A stretch of DNA of 63,439 bases, the filler included, from Sphacelaria rigidula (Eukaryota), in assembly GCA_964200075.2 (NCBI GenBank). It is 8 parts of 8 records of this genome, joined end to end, with 100 filler letters (N's around TTAATTAATTAA, not from the genome) between each part and the next. Parts side by side here need not be neighbours in the genome. Positions count along the whole stretch, not along the records: positions 23,830 to 31,671 come from CAXNAA020013274.1; positions 31,772 to 39,613 come from CAXNAA020013275.1; 6 more parts are not named here. One strand, given 5' to 3'. The notes beneath the pieces are model-generated. The model was not told where the DNA came from, made no database searches, and saw only the letters and a program-made list of their open reading frames with translations. Shown in pieces: positions 23,850-37,326 of the stretch; position 1 is the stretch's first letter; every line of letters starts with the position of its first letter. The translations under genes were made by a program, and so were the position numbers.

Positions 23850-24573
23850 CAATATATATTTGTCGAGTAATATATTGGCTGCCACACAAGGTCAATATAT
23901 ATATATATATATATTGATTATTCAATATACTCAACACCCGAAGCGCCAATATATATTGCCGCCCCAATATGTCGTGCGTCAATGCGTCCAATATATATTG
24001 GGCGGACAAAACACGAGGGAACAGACGGTGACAATACATACTGGTGTAGCAATATATTTTGATTTTCAACATGTAGATTGCAAAGTGTATTGGAATTAGT
24101 ATGGTGGGCAACTCTATGTTCGCGGGCGCCATTGGAATATGTATCACCACATGCCGAAAATGCTCAATATATTCCTCCGCGAGCGTCTCCAATATATTTT
24201 GGTTGCACAAAAGCTATGCGATGAGCGTGCGCAATCTATATTGGGAAAACAATACTTTTTGCATGTTTTGCGTTCAATATATATTATGGTAGCAATATGC
24301 TACGCATCGCTTCGACTGAATATATATTGATACTTCAATGCATACACGGCCGGCATGCACAATATTTATCGAATGATTTATTCCGGGAGCAAACGTATGT
24401 CCAACATATATTGTCATACATTACTTCATGACCATGACACCAGCAGTATATGTTGTTGCTCCAATGTCTCCGAGGACATCCCAACACAACATATATTGAA
24501 AGGACAATATTTGAGCTGGCTCCAATACAAAGTATTGGTATCATATTGGAACAAATTGTATTGTCCAGGGTAT
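23850..24573. repeat. Array 1 of CAATATATATTG palindromes at 42-43 bp period with unique spacers
   Basis: Motif starts at 23850, 23893, 23947, 23989, 24032, ..., 24190, 24232, 24275, 24318, 24360, 24402, 24444 and 24487. Ends ATATTGGAACAAATTGTATTGTCCAGGGT. Confidence 0.85.
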
Positions 24574-24930
24574 AAGCAACACAGCCCCGGTGACCACAGG
24601 GGTACCAAAAGGCGCATATCGACCCGCGTTTTCTGTCATCGTGATGTTTCGCCAAGATATATTAATTACATGCTGGGAAGGCGATGGACGGCCCCGCACC
24701 GGTGGCCACTTAGGTATCAGGAGGCATATATACCAGGTCGCCTCTTCTGTCAAGATATGTTTTAACTAGTATGTAGATACTGTATTTATGTGTCAAACGC
24801 ATTCGACTACTCTCCGTAGTCATGCACGCGAACTTCTGCGGCTCCCTTTGAAGCTTTTCCCAATCTGCACGGGCTCCGGCATCCATCGCGTCTGGATCTT
24901 CCTCAGAGCGTACACCATACTTATGATATC

Positions 24931-25283
24931 CAATATATATTGACTGGCCAATACATTGACACCTACGCAGATCCAATATATATTGACCGGGTAATATGTT
25001 CTCACCAATGCGACTCTAATATATGTTGGTCGTGCAATATGCTGTCGCCCACGCTGCCCCAATATATATTGATGGGGCAATATGTGTTCAACTCCACAGT
25101 ACCAATATATATTGGGCGGGCAATGTGAACGCAGCCCCAAGACATCAATATATATATATTGGGCGCGCAATACGTATGTAATCCAAGGGTACCAATATAT
25201 ATATTACGCCGGCAATATATCGCAAAATTCCAATGTGATCGACTAATATATATTGGAAACATATTGTATTGTCCAGGATGTGT
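24931..25283. repeat. Array 2 of CAATATATATTG palindromes at 43 bp period with unique spacers
   Basis: Motif starts at 24931, 24974, 25017, 25060, 25103, 25146, 25193 and 25244. Unit = 12-bp palindrome + N6 + CAATAT-like decamer + N15. Ends ATATTGGAAACATATTGTATTGTCCAGGATGTG. Confidence 0.9.
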
Positions 25284-25635
25284 ACATTTCACGCTAATGT
25301 CGACACCTCCGAGATATGGGAAAATCTCTGCGAACTGCACAAACAACGTTTTGGAACTCACGGTGCTTGCACATCATTCCTATTGCATGAACGCTTGAAG
25401 ATCTCGTGCTCATGGGCAACATGTGTTGGGGACGTATGCGCCACGAAACACGAGCGGCAGATTGGTAGTATATATATACACCAAATTCATTATGCGATTC
25501 TACTGTAGATCCATGCATGGGAATCTCACATGCAAAACGTGCGCAGGAAGTGACTAAGAACGCCTTGAAGCGTTCATTTTGTAATCCCATTGGCGTTTTA
25601 TTCAGCCGACCTATTGTTTCCTGGTTTTGCCGCAG

Positions 25636-25713
25636 GGCTTGAAGAACATCGTCAACGAGAAATTTGGAGACGGAATAATGTCCGCCATCGACTTTTACGT
25701 GACAGTTGACAAG
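25636..25713 (+). CDS. CYN1: Cyanate hydratase (cyanase), penultimate exon (GLKNIVNEKFGDGIMSAIDFYVTVDK)
   Basis: CGCAG acceptor and GTGGGT donor. EKFGDGIMSAIDF is the cyanase catalytic-domain signature. Confidence 0.95.
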
Positions 25714-26387
25714 GTGGGTTGGTACCTTTTCATGGGATACACCATGTTCCTCCCGACAAGACCTCATTGTACCAGATATCGTCGCTGCCTTCGTCGATTT
25801 ACCGAGCCATCGTGCTCCCATGCGGTCCTGTTGACCAGCACTACACGTTGCCTCGATCACCTGCGCGGAGTGCTGACGAGGAGCAGGGTAGATCCCCACA
25901 GACCCGTGTACCGTGTGTGTCGGGCCGAGACTGCAGTCGAGCATCTTTCGATTTCCTGTTCAGTGGTCTTGTGCCCCTCGCAAACTTCAACACGAGGTCA
26001 CCGTAGTTTGCGCGGTTCTTATAGGCCTAGCCTTCATGGCATCTCGTCGTTGTACAGTTACTTCTATAGCCGCGAATTGGCCCGTTTTCTTGGTTTTGAA
26101 GTGTGAATGCTCTTCCAGCAACAATTGCCAATGTGTTTATGGTGATAAAAAGGGTTTGTGCCATCGGCTTTTGACCCTACTACTCGTGTGGTGCTCGCCT
26201 GCTCTGCGTACCCACTGTGGATTGGCTGTTCTGCGTGCCCAATTTGGATTTACGGAGTTGAAAGGTCAATTTGCCTTCTCATTTAAATCCAGTACTGCTT
26301 CTCGCGTACCTTTTCGAAATCAAGACAACAAGAGCTGAGGCATCCCCTACCATTCGCATGCTTGCCTTTCGGGTGTGTCCACTGTAG

Positions 26388-26498
26388 ATCAAGGGATCGC
26401 AGGGAGAAGACCGGGTGGTGATCACCTTCAACGGAAAGTTCCTGCCTCACATTGAGCAAACCGCGGAAGGTGCATCAGTGGGAATCAAGAGGTCATAG
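26388..26498 (+). CDS. CYN1: Cyanate hydratase (cyanase), last exon ([36 protein letters not shown])
   Basis: TGTAG acceptor, in frame with the previous exon. Contains the cyanase C-terminal motif [14 protein letters not shown] and ends in a TAG stop. Confidence 0.95.
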   Translation: MKGSQGEDRVVITFNGKFLPHIEQTAEGASVGIKRS

Positions 26499-29400
26499 GT
26501 CGATCCTTTATTACCTTGGACGTTTCCTACCGTTGGTGCTGCTGGTGTTCCCCCGGACATATGTCGTTCGAACGTAGTCGCTGATATTCGTCGATTTTGT
26601 GTAGCCGGTAACGAGACGTTCGGAACATGTTCGTGCGTTTGCACGCCGGTGCGTGGTCGAAATCCTTCACTATTCGTTTGAGTTTTTGGCACCAACAACT
26701 ACAGTGCTGTAAGTTTTTTTTTCTCGTGGTTTTGCGTGCCGGCTGGCGTCACGTAGCTTCAGCTGTTAACGTGGAGACTCGTGTTGCTACCAAAAACTCA
26801 GACTTGGTCGTCGTTACCGGATATGCCAATGTAAAACAGCCGAGCGATGATTTTTGTTTTTCGCACCTCGATTCTCCCAACAGTTGCTTGGCCGCGCCGC
26901 GGACGGTCGTATCACTAGCAGAACCTCATCGAAATGTTTTTCCCGTGCGAGGCGCTGGGTGATTGGTTCTCGAGGAAAACGGATATCAACCGAAGTTGTC
27001 ACGAAGGGGTGCTCTACCTCGCCACCCTACGCTGTTAGCACTTCAGATATTAATAGGTGGTGCGTGCATCAAAGGGAAGGAAACGCTTGAAGTCGGGACC
27101 AAGGTGGTTTGTTCGCATGAAGTACTACGTGGTATGATCAGCCCTTTTGCGCGGACGAAGATTTGATATCTGACTGGAAGCGCTCTATTTTGAGTTTACA
27201 GATCCGGATAAGGTCAAGCAGACACTGGGCTGAGCTCACAGATGGATTTTCATTTGCCGAGCTATTCTAAGCGACACATGATCGTACGCGCTCCGTTTTT
27301 AGTTGACGCAGCTCCGAAAGAGAAGTGTTCGGAGATGGTGACCGGGTAGGCATGTACCACCGACTGTTTCCCCGTGGTGGAAGGGGGTTGGCAGTTAAAA
27401 GAGTTGCACGCAGTTTCATGCGTTCTCACATCCTCGGCATAGGTACTACCTCGAACTGCTCTTGTGACGCCGACGTCCTGGTTTGCTTTCGTTCCCGATC
27501 GTCTCGTGGAAATCCTGTGACAAGTCGTGATCCCTGTCTACGTTTATATCTGAGTTCGGCTGGACTAGTCTATATAGCGTGATTTCTTCGTCAAACGGTC
27601 TCTCAGAACAAGGATGCACAAAAATTTTTCAATTTGATTAACCGAACACTACTCACGTAGTGGCCGAAGGCGTCACGCAGCCCTCTCTCTATGCTCCGCT
27701 CCCTCCCCCCAGAAAATGACCATTCTCCACAGTGGACAACAAGAATCTTCACGACACGGGCAACTGCATGCGGAGGAGTGACTTCATTCACATAAATAAT
27801 ATTCAGTGTACGACATGATGGGGAACTTATTCCTTTCTACGAGGTGTGGCAACTCCCAAACTCAGCCGACATCAACAGTGCACATACTCTACATCCAGTG
27901 CCAGATCTATATTACCTGAGTGAACTCGAACTTGGATATCTACCCTCACCTGGAATCTTACATTGATGTATTGACCCTTGAACCGACACTTGAATTTTCT
28001 CGCAAAATTATCACTGAAACAACTACCCTCGATATCTTCGTAAGAAGCTTTTTGACTGGGTAATCCGTTTACGTTCCCGACCGAGGGGGACGTTTATCCG
28101 CGTTCCGCTCGAAAATCCGTTCGAATTGAACACTGTACAGAACTTCCGTCGACCGAGTTGGCTAGACGTTATCTGCCCATGACTTCTGTAGCGCCAAAGG
28201 TTGTTCCTGCAGCGGCCACTTTCGCTCCCCGGGGCATCCAGGAGCTCCTTAGACCCGTTGTTCCCCCACTGCCTTCGCCACCTGAGGCTTTTCCGCCGGC
28301 TACGCTATCTTTTGTTATTTGCGATGGTCGCTTTTCTCCCAATGGATCATTGGCCCCGGTAGCTGTGTCGGTAACGCTTCCTCGGGGTTGACGTTTAATA
28401 ATGAATCGGCGCCATAAGTCAAGGTCATCTTGCACCCCAGCGATGCCGTCTGGCACATGACCCGACGTTCTATCGCCGCTTGGCTGCTGCTCACCCATGT
28501 CGACTGCCCTTTGGTGCCCCTGAACCATTTGCCGCAGGGTTGGATATCCCCTTTTCGAAGGACGGTAGCCGGACAGATGCGATTAACCGTGCGAGGAAAC
28601 GTTAGCGGGATAGATGTTCATGTACAATGTCTCATTGGGGAAGTACTACTTTGTTCACATTTCACATCTGCCATTTGATAGTCGCCACGCAATCCTCACG
28701 GCCAACCTTCGAACGGACTTAGCTTTCGTGGCGGAGCTTCGGGTCTTGGCGGTGCCGGGTTAGGGTGGTATGGCGTCAGCAAGTTATGGTAGCCGGAAAA
28801 GTGGAACTCCTCCTCGTCTTGGATCTTTTCACTCTACCGCAACATTGTTGGCGCCTATGCGAGCATTTACATGGTGCTGACATTCCCGCCTTCTGTATTG
28901 TCGATACTGGAGAGTGATCCGTTGCGGAGGCGTATGTGGACACGATTTTCACGTAAACACTTACATGAGTTCACACAACTAACTTTGCTTTTACGAATAA
29001 AAACAACTAGCGAAGATTCGGATCCTTGCAAAGTTCGTAGAATCGACCTCCTCCGCATAACAACCTGGACGCTGAAGAGGCTACGAAAGCACCGCCTCAA
29101 AGAAGAGCCTTGTCCTCGAAATGTTGAAAGGTTGATTTTCATCCTGACCCAGTTTGCCACCAATTGTTAGAGAACCAGCGCAAAGGTGAAACCACTGTGT
29201 ACATTATTGTACTGCGTATTCTGGCCCTACACCAGGTTGGTATTCGCCTACTTCATCCAAATCATGCAATATAAAACGATCGGGCACGATGGCCAGGTTG
29301 TCCCTGCTGAGTGTAGGAATAGGATATGATTTGCAGTACAACGGCAGTCAGCCCCACTTGTTGTAAAAAGGGGGTTTCGGAAAGGCGGTTTGTTTGCCAG

Positions 29401-32400
29401 CACATCTTCTCGTAAGACTATGTCGTGAAGTTAACACTTTTAACAAGTTGTTTTGTTTGTTATATCAGCAGTTTTAGTTTCTCATGTCTTTCGTGAATGG
29501 AAAGAGTTTTGGAAACTGTCAACTTCATGACGCTTATGCTGACAGAAGTTTCGCTGGTGAAAAATTCATGAATTTTGAAACGCTATTAGACCGAAGTACC
29601 AGAGAAGAGCAGATTATATTATTTGTCAAATCGTGGACCGTTTCCGAATTGTCTGCTGGTTTTAGGTAAACGACGGGGCACACAATCTATGCACGTCGGG
29701 TGCACGTCGCAGTCCTCACCCGTGGGAATAATAATATGTCATATACAGTTCGCCATTCCAACAGCATCCAGCTAAGTTATCGAAATTGAATTGGTGGAAT
29801 TCGTAACGCAAAAATGCCCCACAGAATCCTGTTTTGCCGTGACTCTACGTGATACTACCCAGCCCTGTCTCTTGCGGCTGGATGTATACCCCTAGCCTTC
29901 CACTACGTTGCGGGTTTCACGCACATACAGGCTCCGCCAAGCAAGAGGCTTCGGGATAATAAGTTGCGTAAGGACAGTCGATACCCAGAATGTTGCAAAC
30001 CGGAAAACCCGGCCGGGCGAGGGGGTGGGGCGCATGACACTGTATGTTTCGTCACTCACATTACACTTGACTGAGCTACTACCGAAAAGAGGAACGGAGA
30101 AAAATTCCTGGGCGCTGCCTGTGCTGCGAAAACTTTGAGCAAAGCGCGTTTTGTCCCCCGAGCTAAGATGTGATGGCCTAGGCGCTGCCAGGACTTCGAC
30201 AATTCTTCATTTGGCTCGTGACAACAGTGAGGAATCAGTATTAACGTGGGAATAATCAGAGAAATTTGTAGTTTGCCGAGTATAATACGATATCACAGTC
30301 ATGCACGCTTGCTTTCTGGAGGCCCTTAGGTGTAATTCTTAAAGCACGTCGGTTTGAAGGGTGCGATGCGGTAATGGACATCTACGACCGGCGCAAAGAA
30401 TGGGCTGCATCGGTGTATCTGTCACGGTTCGATACTTACCGTCTGGGGGTGTAAGGTGCCAGTTCGTGGGCACCAGGGTCGTCGCGCCCAAACACACTCA
30501 AGTGTATCAATCCATCGAGTTCGACTTTACCGAGTGCGGAGTCAACCCATGTTCGCAGCGTCGGGATGCATACCCGATGAGACGCTCAGACGCCAGAACA
30601 ACAAATGTTGCATGGAGGTCGGGCTTACATTGTGAAAAGACCAGAGATCCCTCTGATACCGCAGTCCATGATGGCGTAGATCCTCTTGTATTATTGACGT
30701 ACAGGCTAACTTCTGCGTTGCTATGCTGAGATGCTAGTCCAAAACGTTGTGCCACATGCGGGCACACAGCCAGATTTCACCACACAATGTAGTATGGCCC
30801 ATCAGATACCAAGCATGATAAAGTATGACACGTGGAACCTAGTCGACTCGAATATGACCAAGAAATCTGTAACATTTCTACATCATCAGAGTTTCTTTTG
30901 TTTATTCCTCTCTTTTCGTCATATTTCCAATCGCGCTCCTGCTTGGGACGAGTCCGGAGTCTCCAGGGACCTTTCTATTTCTCTCACAGTGCCTGCCTTG
31001 CAGTTTGCTTTCAAGCACTCGATCAGCCTCCCCGTAGCCCGCCAACGTTGAATTTGTCGATTTTTTCATCATCTCACAAGCCCATGCTTTCTCCCGCAGA
31101 ATCCTTCAAAGTGGCGTTATTGTCGGGACCCTCTACCACTACTCCGTTCAAGCTGATCGATGAGAAATGACAATTTCAACCACTGGGGCTCAGTGACTGT
31201 TTGAGTAAAGGAGCAACCTAGGTGTGTAAAGGTTTGCTGTACTAGTAGTGAACACTTATTATGGGGTTTCCCATCATTATTCATCTGAAATCTTGGTGGG
31301 AAAACATTATGCAAGCCGGTTTTGACATACCCTAGTGCACCGACTGCGACTGTAATCCAAGAGTTCTCCAATATGGAGGACCGGTCCTTGACTTTGAAAT
31401 CCCGAAGAGTGTTGGGGTACGTAATGTTCATTCAGAACATGAACCTCAGTACAACACTATGGACGATGTCGGACTTACTTTGAGTCATGAGTCATGAGTG
31501 CTACTGGGGGCTAACGAATATAAACGGTTGCCGAGACCCACTTGCGCTTACCTTTTGTAGGCCACATTTCGCCGATTTATACCTGATCTAGGAGTTCTTT
31601 TTCAATCGTACCTTATCTGGGCCACCAATCGGCCGATAACGTACCTCTGCTAGGCCATCGCTCTCTACACTNNNNNNNNNNNNNNNNNNNNNNNNNNNNN
31701 NNNNNNNNNNNNNNNTTAATTAATTAANNNNNNNNNNNNNNNNNNNNNNNNNNNNNNNNNNNNNNNNNNNNGAAGCCTACTGATTATCTTTGCGTTTGGA
31801 TGACAGCCTCCAATGAGTTGCTTTATTATCTGGTATCGCCACTCCAGAGACAGCCACGGCTTTTACACTGCCTCATGGGTGTCTAACCAGTGATACAGGT
31901 GGGCGAGATGAGACCCAGTCCCCGGATTCGCATCCCCTCATACCATTCATCAAGCTCGATGTTCTCGACAACGACAAGTACCCATGGACCTGATGTGTAA
32001 ACAGACAACTTCAGAACTCCGCGTTGTGTTGAAAAATTTAAAAAAAAAAACTCCCGTGAAGAAACAATATCGTATAGATTTTTTGGGGGGGGAGGGGGTG
32101 TACTGATGATCTCGCATGCCGTAGTCCCAAGACCGTTAAACCTCTGTTACCTACAAAGACGGAGCACGCCGGGTTTTCGCCGGGAGGTGACATTTCTCCC
32201 CCGAGCATTTTGTATGATTCCCTGATACTAAATCCATCTACTTTCTTCGCAGCAATATTTCAACACAAGGCGCCGTTTTTATTTTATTTTCATGTTTTAT
32301 AGTCGTATCGTTTGCGAAATTTCGCCCCAGGATCTGTTGGTAGAACAGTGAAGTCGCTTGGTGAAGTCAGTGCTACAGGGCCTTATTTTATCTGCACCGT

Positions 32401-32581
32401 CGAATTTGAAGAAAATGAAGCGGGGAGAGATGCGTGCGATAACTCACCCCTCGGGGTGGTACGGTACTCTGCAAACAAGTAGGACGTATAGTTCACTGTG
32501 CTCGTTGTACTACCCTGAGTGACCGGCACTTCAGGTGTATCAGACGGTGACTGTCTGATGGAGGCGTTTTGTTATCCGCAG

Positions 32582-32827
32582 GAGGGCTCCAAGGTGCAAG
32601 CCCGCTATGGATCAGAACGCGGGTCCTTCTACGCGGCCACGGTAGTGAAGGTCATACTCCAGAGAGAGCAAGATATTAGCGCTGGCGGCAACGATGACGG
32701 CGAGGTTGTCGCCGTGGATCTCAAGTACGACAGCGATGGTGTCGTGGAGAGGGCGGTACCGGTCTCCAGACTAAGGACCAGCGAGGATCCCCCCGATTTC
32801 GGCCCGCTGTTATCGCTTCTCGCGGAG
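32582..32827 (+). CDS. Exon of TCP11-domain protein carrying a Tudor-like module (EGSKVQARYG..FYAATVVKV..VDLKYDSDGVVERAVPVSRLR..DFGPLLSLLAE)
   Basis: CCGCAG acceptor and GTGGGC donor, 246 nt, phase 0/0. Tudor-type pattern G..V.ARY...FY.A.V..V...Y..DG..E..VP..RLR. Confidence 0.8.
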
Positions 32828-34156
32828 GTGGGCCCGCAAAAGCGCTTGGGACACTTTTGCCTCAAGCAGTAGGTCAAGACCGGGGGTTTCCTAAGGGAGG
32901 GGGTGGGGAGGAGGGAGAGAGGGAGGGCACGCGGGGGTAAACAAGAGTTGGTGGGATTGCGGTACTGTCACGGGTGGTGCGCTATCTAGTTCTGGTATAT
33001 TTGTGGACGCAATACGAAGTTTACGATCTCTTCTGAGAGGCCTGATTGATCGACAAGAGAGAAACGAAAGTTGACCGCGGGACAAATCATTCCCCCCACG
33101 TGAATATTGATCCATTCCACGTGCCTGGGTTGCAAACGCCGAAAAGCAAAGCCCGAGGATTGATAGATTCGTGCGGTACGACTCAATTACATATCAAAGG
33201 CAAGCAATTCTCAGACGACTGGACTCATTATTTGTCCAAGCCTTGAAAGATCACCCAAAAGTGTGTCGTCGACGACTGATTGGTTACCCTATACACATCG
33301 GCGATAACTGCGATGCAACCCGGTAATTCTTGCTCGATCGGAAGGTCTCGGGTTTTACGTCGAAAAACAAAATTGGAGGTGCGTCCAAGGGGTATATATA
33401 CACACACATATATATCGTGTGCACATGTCCTATGCCGACGGTTCCGTCAGCCTCCGTCGGAATTCCCATATTTCCGAACGACATCCGATAAGACAGGCGA
33501 TGTTTTGTACAGCCACGATCACTACTGTACATTGAGATACAACAACCTCTCTTGAACATATGTTTTCGACTTGCATCACCCTCGGGAGGCCCGTACCAAC
33601 ATCCCGAAGGAGAACCTTGTATATATATATATATATATATATTATTTTTTTTCTGAGGGACTCATATATAACACACATATCACACGATGCTGAAGACGAA
33701 ATACGTCGACGGTCGAGGGCGTTTGTCATGATTAATACCCACGAGCGCGGTAACGAGTCAAGCGGGTGCGAGAAAGTTTGTCACAAGCCGGGAGGGCGGA
33801 CCGGGGGGCAAGCGTATCCTCTGCTTCGTTGCACTACTCGCGTGCCTAATGACTCTTACCCTGTAGGTGGGGGGTGTACAGTACTCATGATGTTGCATGT
33901 CGTAGTCATATGAAAATTGACCTCGCATCCAAACAAAGCCGGTACGGAGCACGCCGGGGTTTTGTCAGATCAGAGGCTGTAGTGGGGGAAATGGGAGAGA
34001 GGTGGTACGCATTTGTTGCTCGCCTCAGTCATCTGATCATTGGAGGGGAGGGCGGGAGAAAGGATGCCGCTGAAAGACACTCAGCCTCGAGATTCGTTTT
34101 ATTATCATGCTGGATGCCGCCCCGTGACCGACGACGATGGACACGCGCACACTCAG

Positions 34157-34285
34157 GTTCGGGGAGAACTGATATCCCTGACGCCCAATAACACCACCCT
34201 GGTGGACGAAGTGAAGGGCGTGCTGGGACAGGAGAGACTGACGGAGATGCTGGAAGACAAGAAGCTGGATGCTCGACAAGTGCAG
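34157..34285 (+). CDS. Exon of TCP11-domain protein (VRGELISLTPNNTTLVDEVKGVLGQERLTEMLEDKKLDARQVQ)
   Basis: CTCAG acceptor and GTGATG donor, 129 nt. Continues the TCP11-like pattern LL.EVR..L..L.P...E...VL....L..ML....LD. Confidence 0.75.
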
Positions 34286-36820
34286 GTGATGCTTGCTACT
34301 ACTGTTTTGATTTCCGTTTCTGTAGTCTTGTTTTCGTTTGGGAAAATGGTTTTTGCTGTTTCAAAGTGAAGCGCCGTGCCGTTGACTGAGATGATTTCCG
34401 TTTCGACAGCAAACCAGGTGAACCTCTTTCAGTTTTTTTTTTTTTTTCACACAGTGTCTGTCTGTCTGTGTGGCGCACCTATCCGGAAGTGCGTCATGAT
34501 TGCCTGTACAGGATATCCAGTCCCAAACCCTTGACGGTAGATTACACCGTCAAAGTCGTGTACTGCGTGCAGCATGGAATCTGTTATCTATTGCAATAGA
34601 CGCAATAGTCGATGCTGTAGGCAGTACAGTTTTTGACAAGGTCATAATCTAGTGCCCAAGGTGTGATTCCAGTTGTGTTCGTGTGCGTTCAGTGGCGTAA
34701 AGAATGGACCCGGTACAGAGCTGACCCGGTTAAGAACCGACGCGCTGCTAAGAAAATGTTTAATCTGGAACCCAGGTTTCATGTGATAGGATGCTATACG
34801 AGCTCCCAGTGGTTTCTATTATGTTTTTTTGTGCCTATCGGGGATTCTACGGTAAGGTCACCTTTTCTTGTTTTTTCATCTTTGTTGTTGCCTACTGGCG
34901 AACAACGCTTACAGTAGGGGGCGGTCTAAGTATTTTGGGGTGTTTTGGGCATTTCCTCGCGTACTACTCTTCGATAGAACTCGAAATTGCTAGCGTCGGT
35001 AGATTTTGGTACAATAAATAGATCATCCTTTAAACACAGTGCCCAAGTCAGTGTCAGTTGGCGTCATCGGCCGAAACGAGCAAATACCCCGCTTATCAGG
35101 AGGGTGTTATTGACCCTGAGACACAGTTTTTTGGCCCTAGTGCAATGGGTAAGCAGAAATTCTGAAAAATAAAACTCTACATTTCTTCACAAATATGATC
35201 GAGACAGCTGAAACGTGGCAGGACCCCCGATGAACGGTCAGAGCGTAAGTCCTGGAATGTGGAGTGGATACAAATATCTTCAGATCCCCGGTGTGAAAAG
35301 CGGTGGCAAGCGGGAAGAGCCCGACAAAATCGCCAATTACGAAAAAATCACAAAATGCCACAAAACGAATAGTTAGACCGCCCACTACTCTACAGCTTTT
35401 ACTATTTTTTGAATGGCCATCGCTCCCTTTCGGGAACATATGGTAATAGCGCCCTTACGTTTTTTTTCTTCTTCATTTGTCGCACTTTGAACCCCTCCCC
35501 CTTCGTCGGGACGAGCCCGTGGACTACTAGTCTCAAGGGATCAAACCATCTCCCCCCGGTACACGCCTTGCGTTTTGGTCCCGCGGACTGGGTCATGACT
35601 ATCAGCTTTCCCGCACAGCGTCAACCCTCGTCGAAGAAATCAGTCAACTACTATTTTTTTTACTCACGTACGTCCTCACTATTTCAACGGTGACAATCAA
35701 ACACCTCTACGAAGAAGAAACCCCAAAGCAGCGGGTATTGAGCCCACGTACTCCCCACCCCAGTGGTGACAGTTGGACAATCTTAATTCACACCCTCGGG
35801 GTGCGACGGATACCAATACAATGCTCATCGTCGATGGTGAGCGCGGGCCGTCATCTTGCTGCAAGACTTGAGGGAGACGGTTGGGGCGGAGACGTTCGGA
35901 AGGCTGAGATATATAGGCTTACTGCAGGCGCAGCGTGTGAAGTATACGCGACACAAAGTCGAGAAAGGCGTGCGTAAGCAAGGTCCCTTGCTCAGGCCTA
36001 ACATTCACTTCATGTTATGTGTACCTGAGGACGGACGGGCCTGAGCTCTGATATATCCAGCCTCGGTCGAATGCTCGAGGGCGACGCGGAGGAACATATG
36101 CAGCCATCGTTCTCTTGCGGGAGCAGTCAAAAGTCATGCCACGGTAGGGTTGCACAAACGATTCCTCAGGTTTGAATTGTTAGAGGCTCCTCATTTGTTC
36201 TTGTTCTTTGTCGCGCCTTGAAGCCCTCTCCCTTCCTCTGGACGAGTCCTTGGTCTGTCTCAAGGAATCAACCCATCTCTCCTGCGGTACACGCCTTGCA
36301 TTCTGGTCTCGCGGATTGGATCATGACCATCAGCACTTCTCCCGCACAGCGTCAACTCACGTCAAACAAACTAAGTTATCTACAGGACTTTATTTGCTCA
36401 CGTTCTCACGCTTCCCACGGTGGAAATCAGATACTAAGAAGAAAAAGCCCAACGCATCAGGGATCGAACTCTCGTTCTCTCCGCCCCAATGGCAGCAGTC
36501 GGACCATCACACCACCAGAGCGCGGCGGTCGATCTAATCCCAAAAGCGACGGTTTTGAGCGTATATCTTACGCACTCTTTTCACCGCGGTTTTACTGTCT
36601 CACGTAAACGTAGGTTCCTGCGAAACTTACGCCCGGTTAAAGAACTGAAGCACTGTAAAAGATGGTGCCTAGTCAACGATCACGGCGGTGAGTACTTGCT
36701 TCCAGTGTTATATATGCTGCCCTGATACTACACATGGCGATGGCATCATGGATGCGGTTTTTAGGGCCGAGAGGTGCAGGTCAAGCCGTGTTTTGTGTGT
36801 GAGCTGTGCCTAGGCTTCTA

Positions 36821-37326
36821 CTTATTATGCTAGCACGGGTTCTGTGTGCATGTGACCCATCGCTATCTTATTATGCTCGCACGGGTTCTGTGTGCATGTG
36901 ACCCATCACTATCTTATTATGCTCGCACGGGTTCTGTGTGCATGTGACCCATCACTATCTTATTATGCTAGCACGGGTTCTGTGTGCATTTGACCCATCA
37001 CTCTCTTATTATGCTAGCACGGGTTCTGTGTGCATGTGACCCATCACTATCTTATTATGCTAGCACGGGTTCTGTGTGCATGTGACCCATCACTATCTTA
37101 TTATGCTAGCATGGATTTTGTGTGCATGTGACCCATCACTATCTTATTATGCTAGCACGGGTTCTGTGTGCATGTGACCCATCACTATCTTATTATGCTA
37201 GCATGGGTTTTGTGTGCATGTGACCCATCACTATCTTATTATGCTAGCACGGGTTCTGTGTGCATGTGACCCATCACTATCTTATTATGCTAGCACGGGT
37301 TTTGTGTGCATGTGACCCATCACTAT
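36821..37326. repeat. Minisatellite, 11 x 46 bp (CTTATTATGCTAGCACGGGTTCTGTGTGCATGTGACCCATCACTAT)
   Basis: 506 bp = 11 head-to-tail units with 0-3 substitutions each and no spacers. Intronic. Confidence 0.97.

Noticed and set aside
23850..25283. Calling the 43-bp arrays a bona fide CRISPR
   Set aside because: The repeat is only 12 bp and bipartite, spacers are 6 and 15 nt, no cas genes are present, the context is eukaryotic, and the terminus is shared with a TIR element. Reported as a repeat instead.
27600..31670. Possible decayed coding sequence downstream of cyanase
   Set aside because: Short overlapping ORFs with no motif I could recognise and no consistent splice pattern. BLASTX is needed.
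36821..37326. 46-bp repeat as a CRISPR array
   Set aside because: Units are head-to-tail with no unique spacers, and there are no cas genes.
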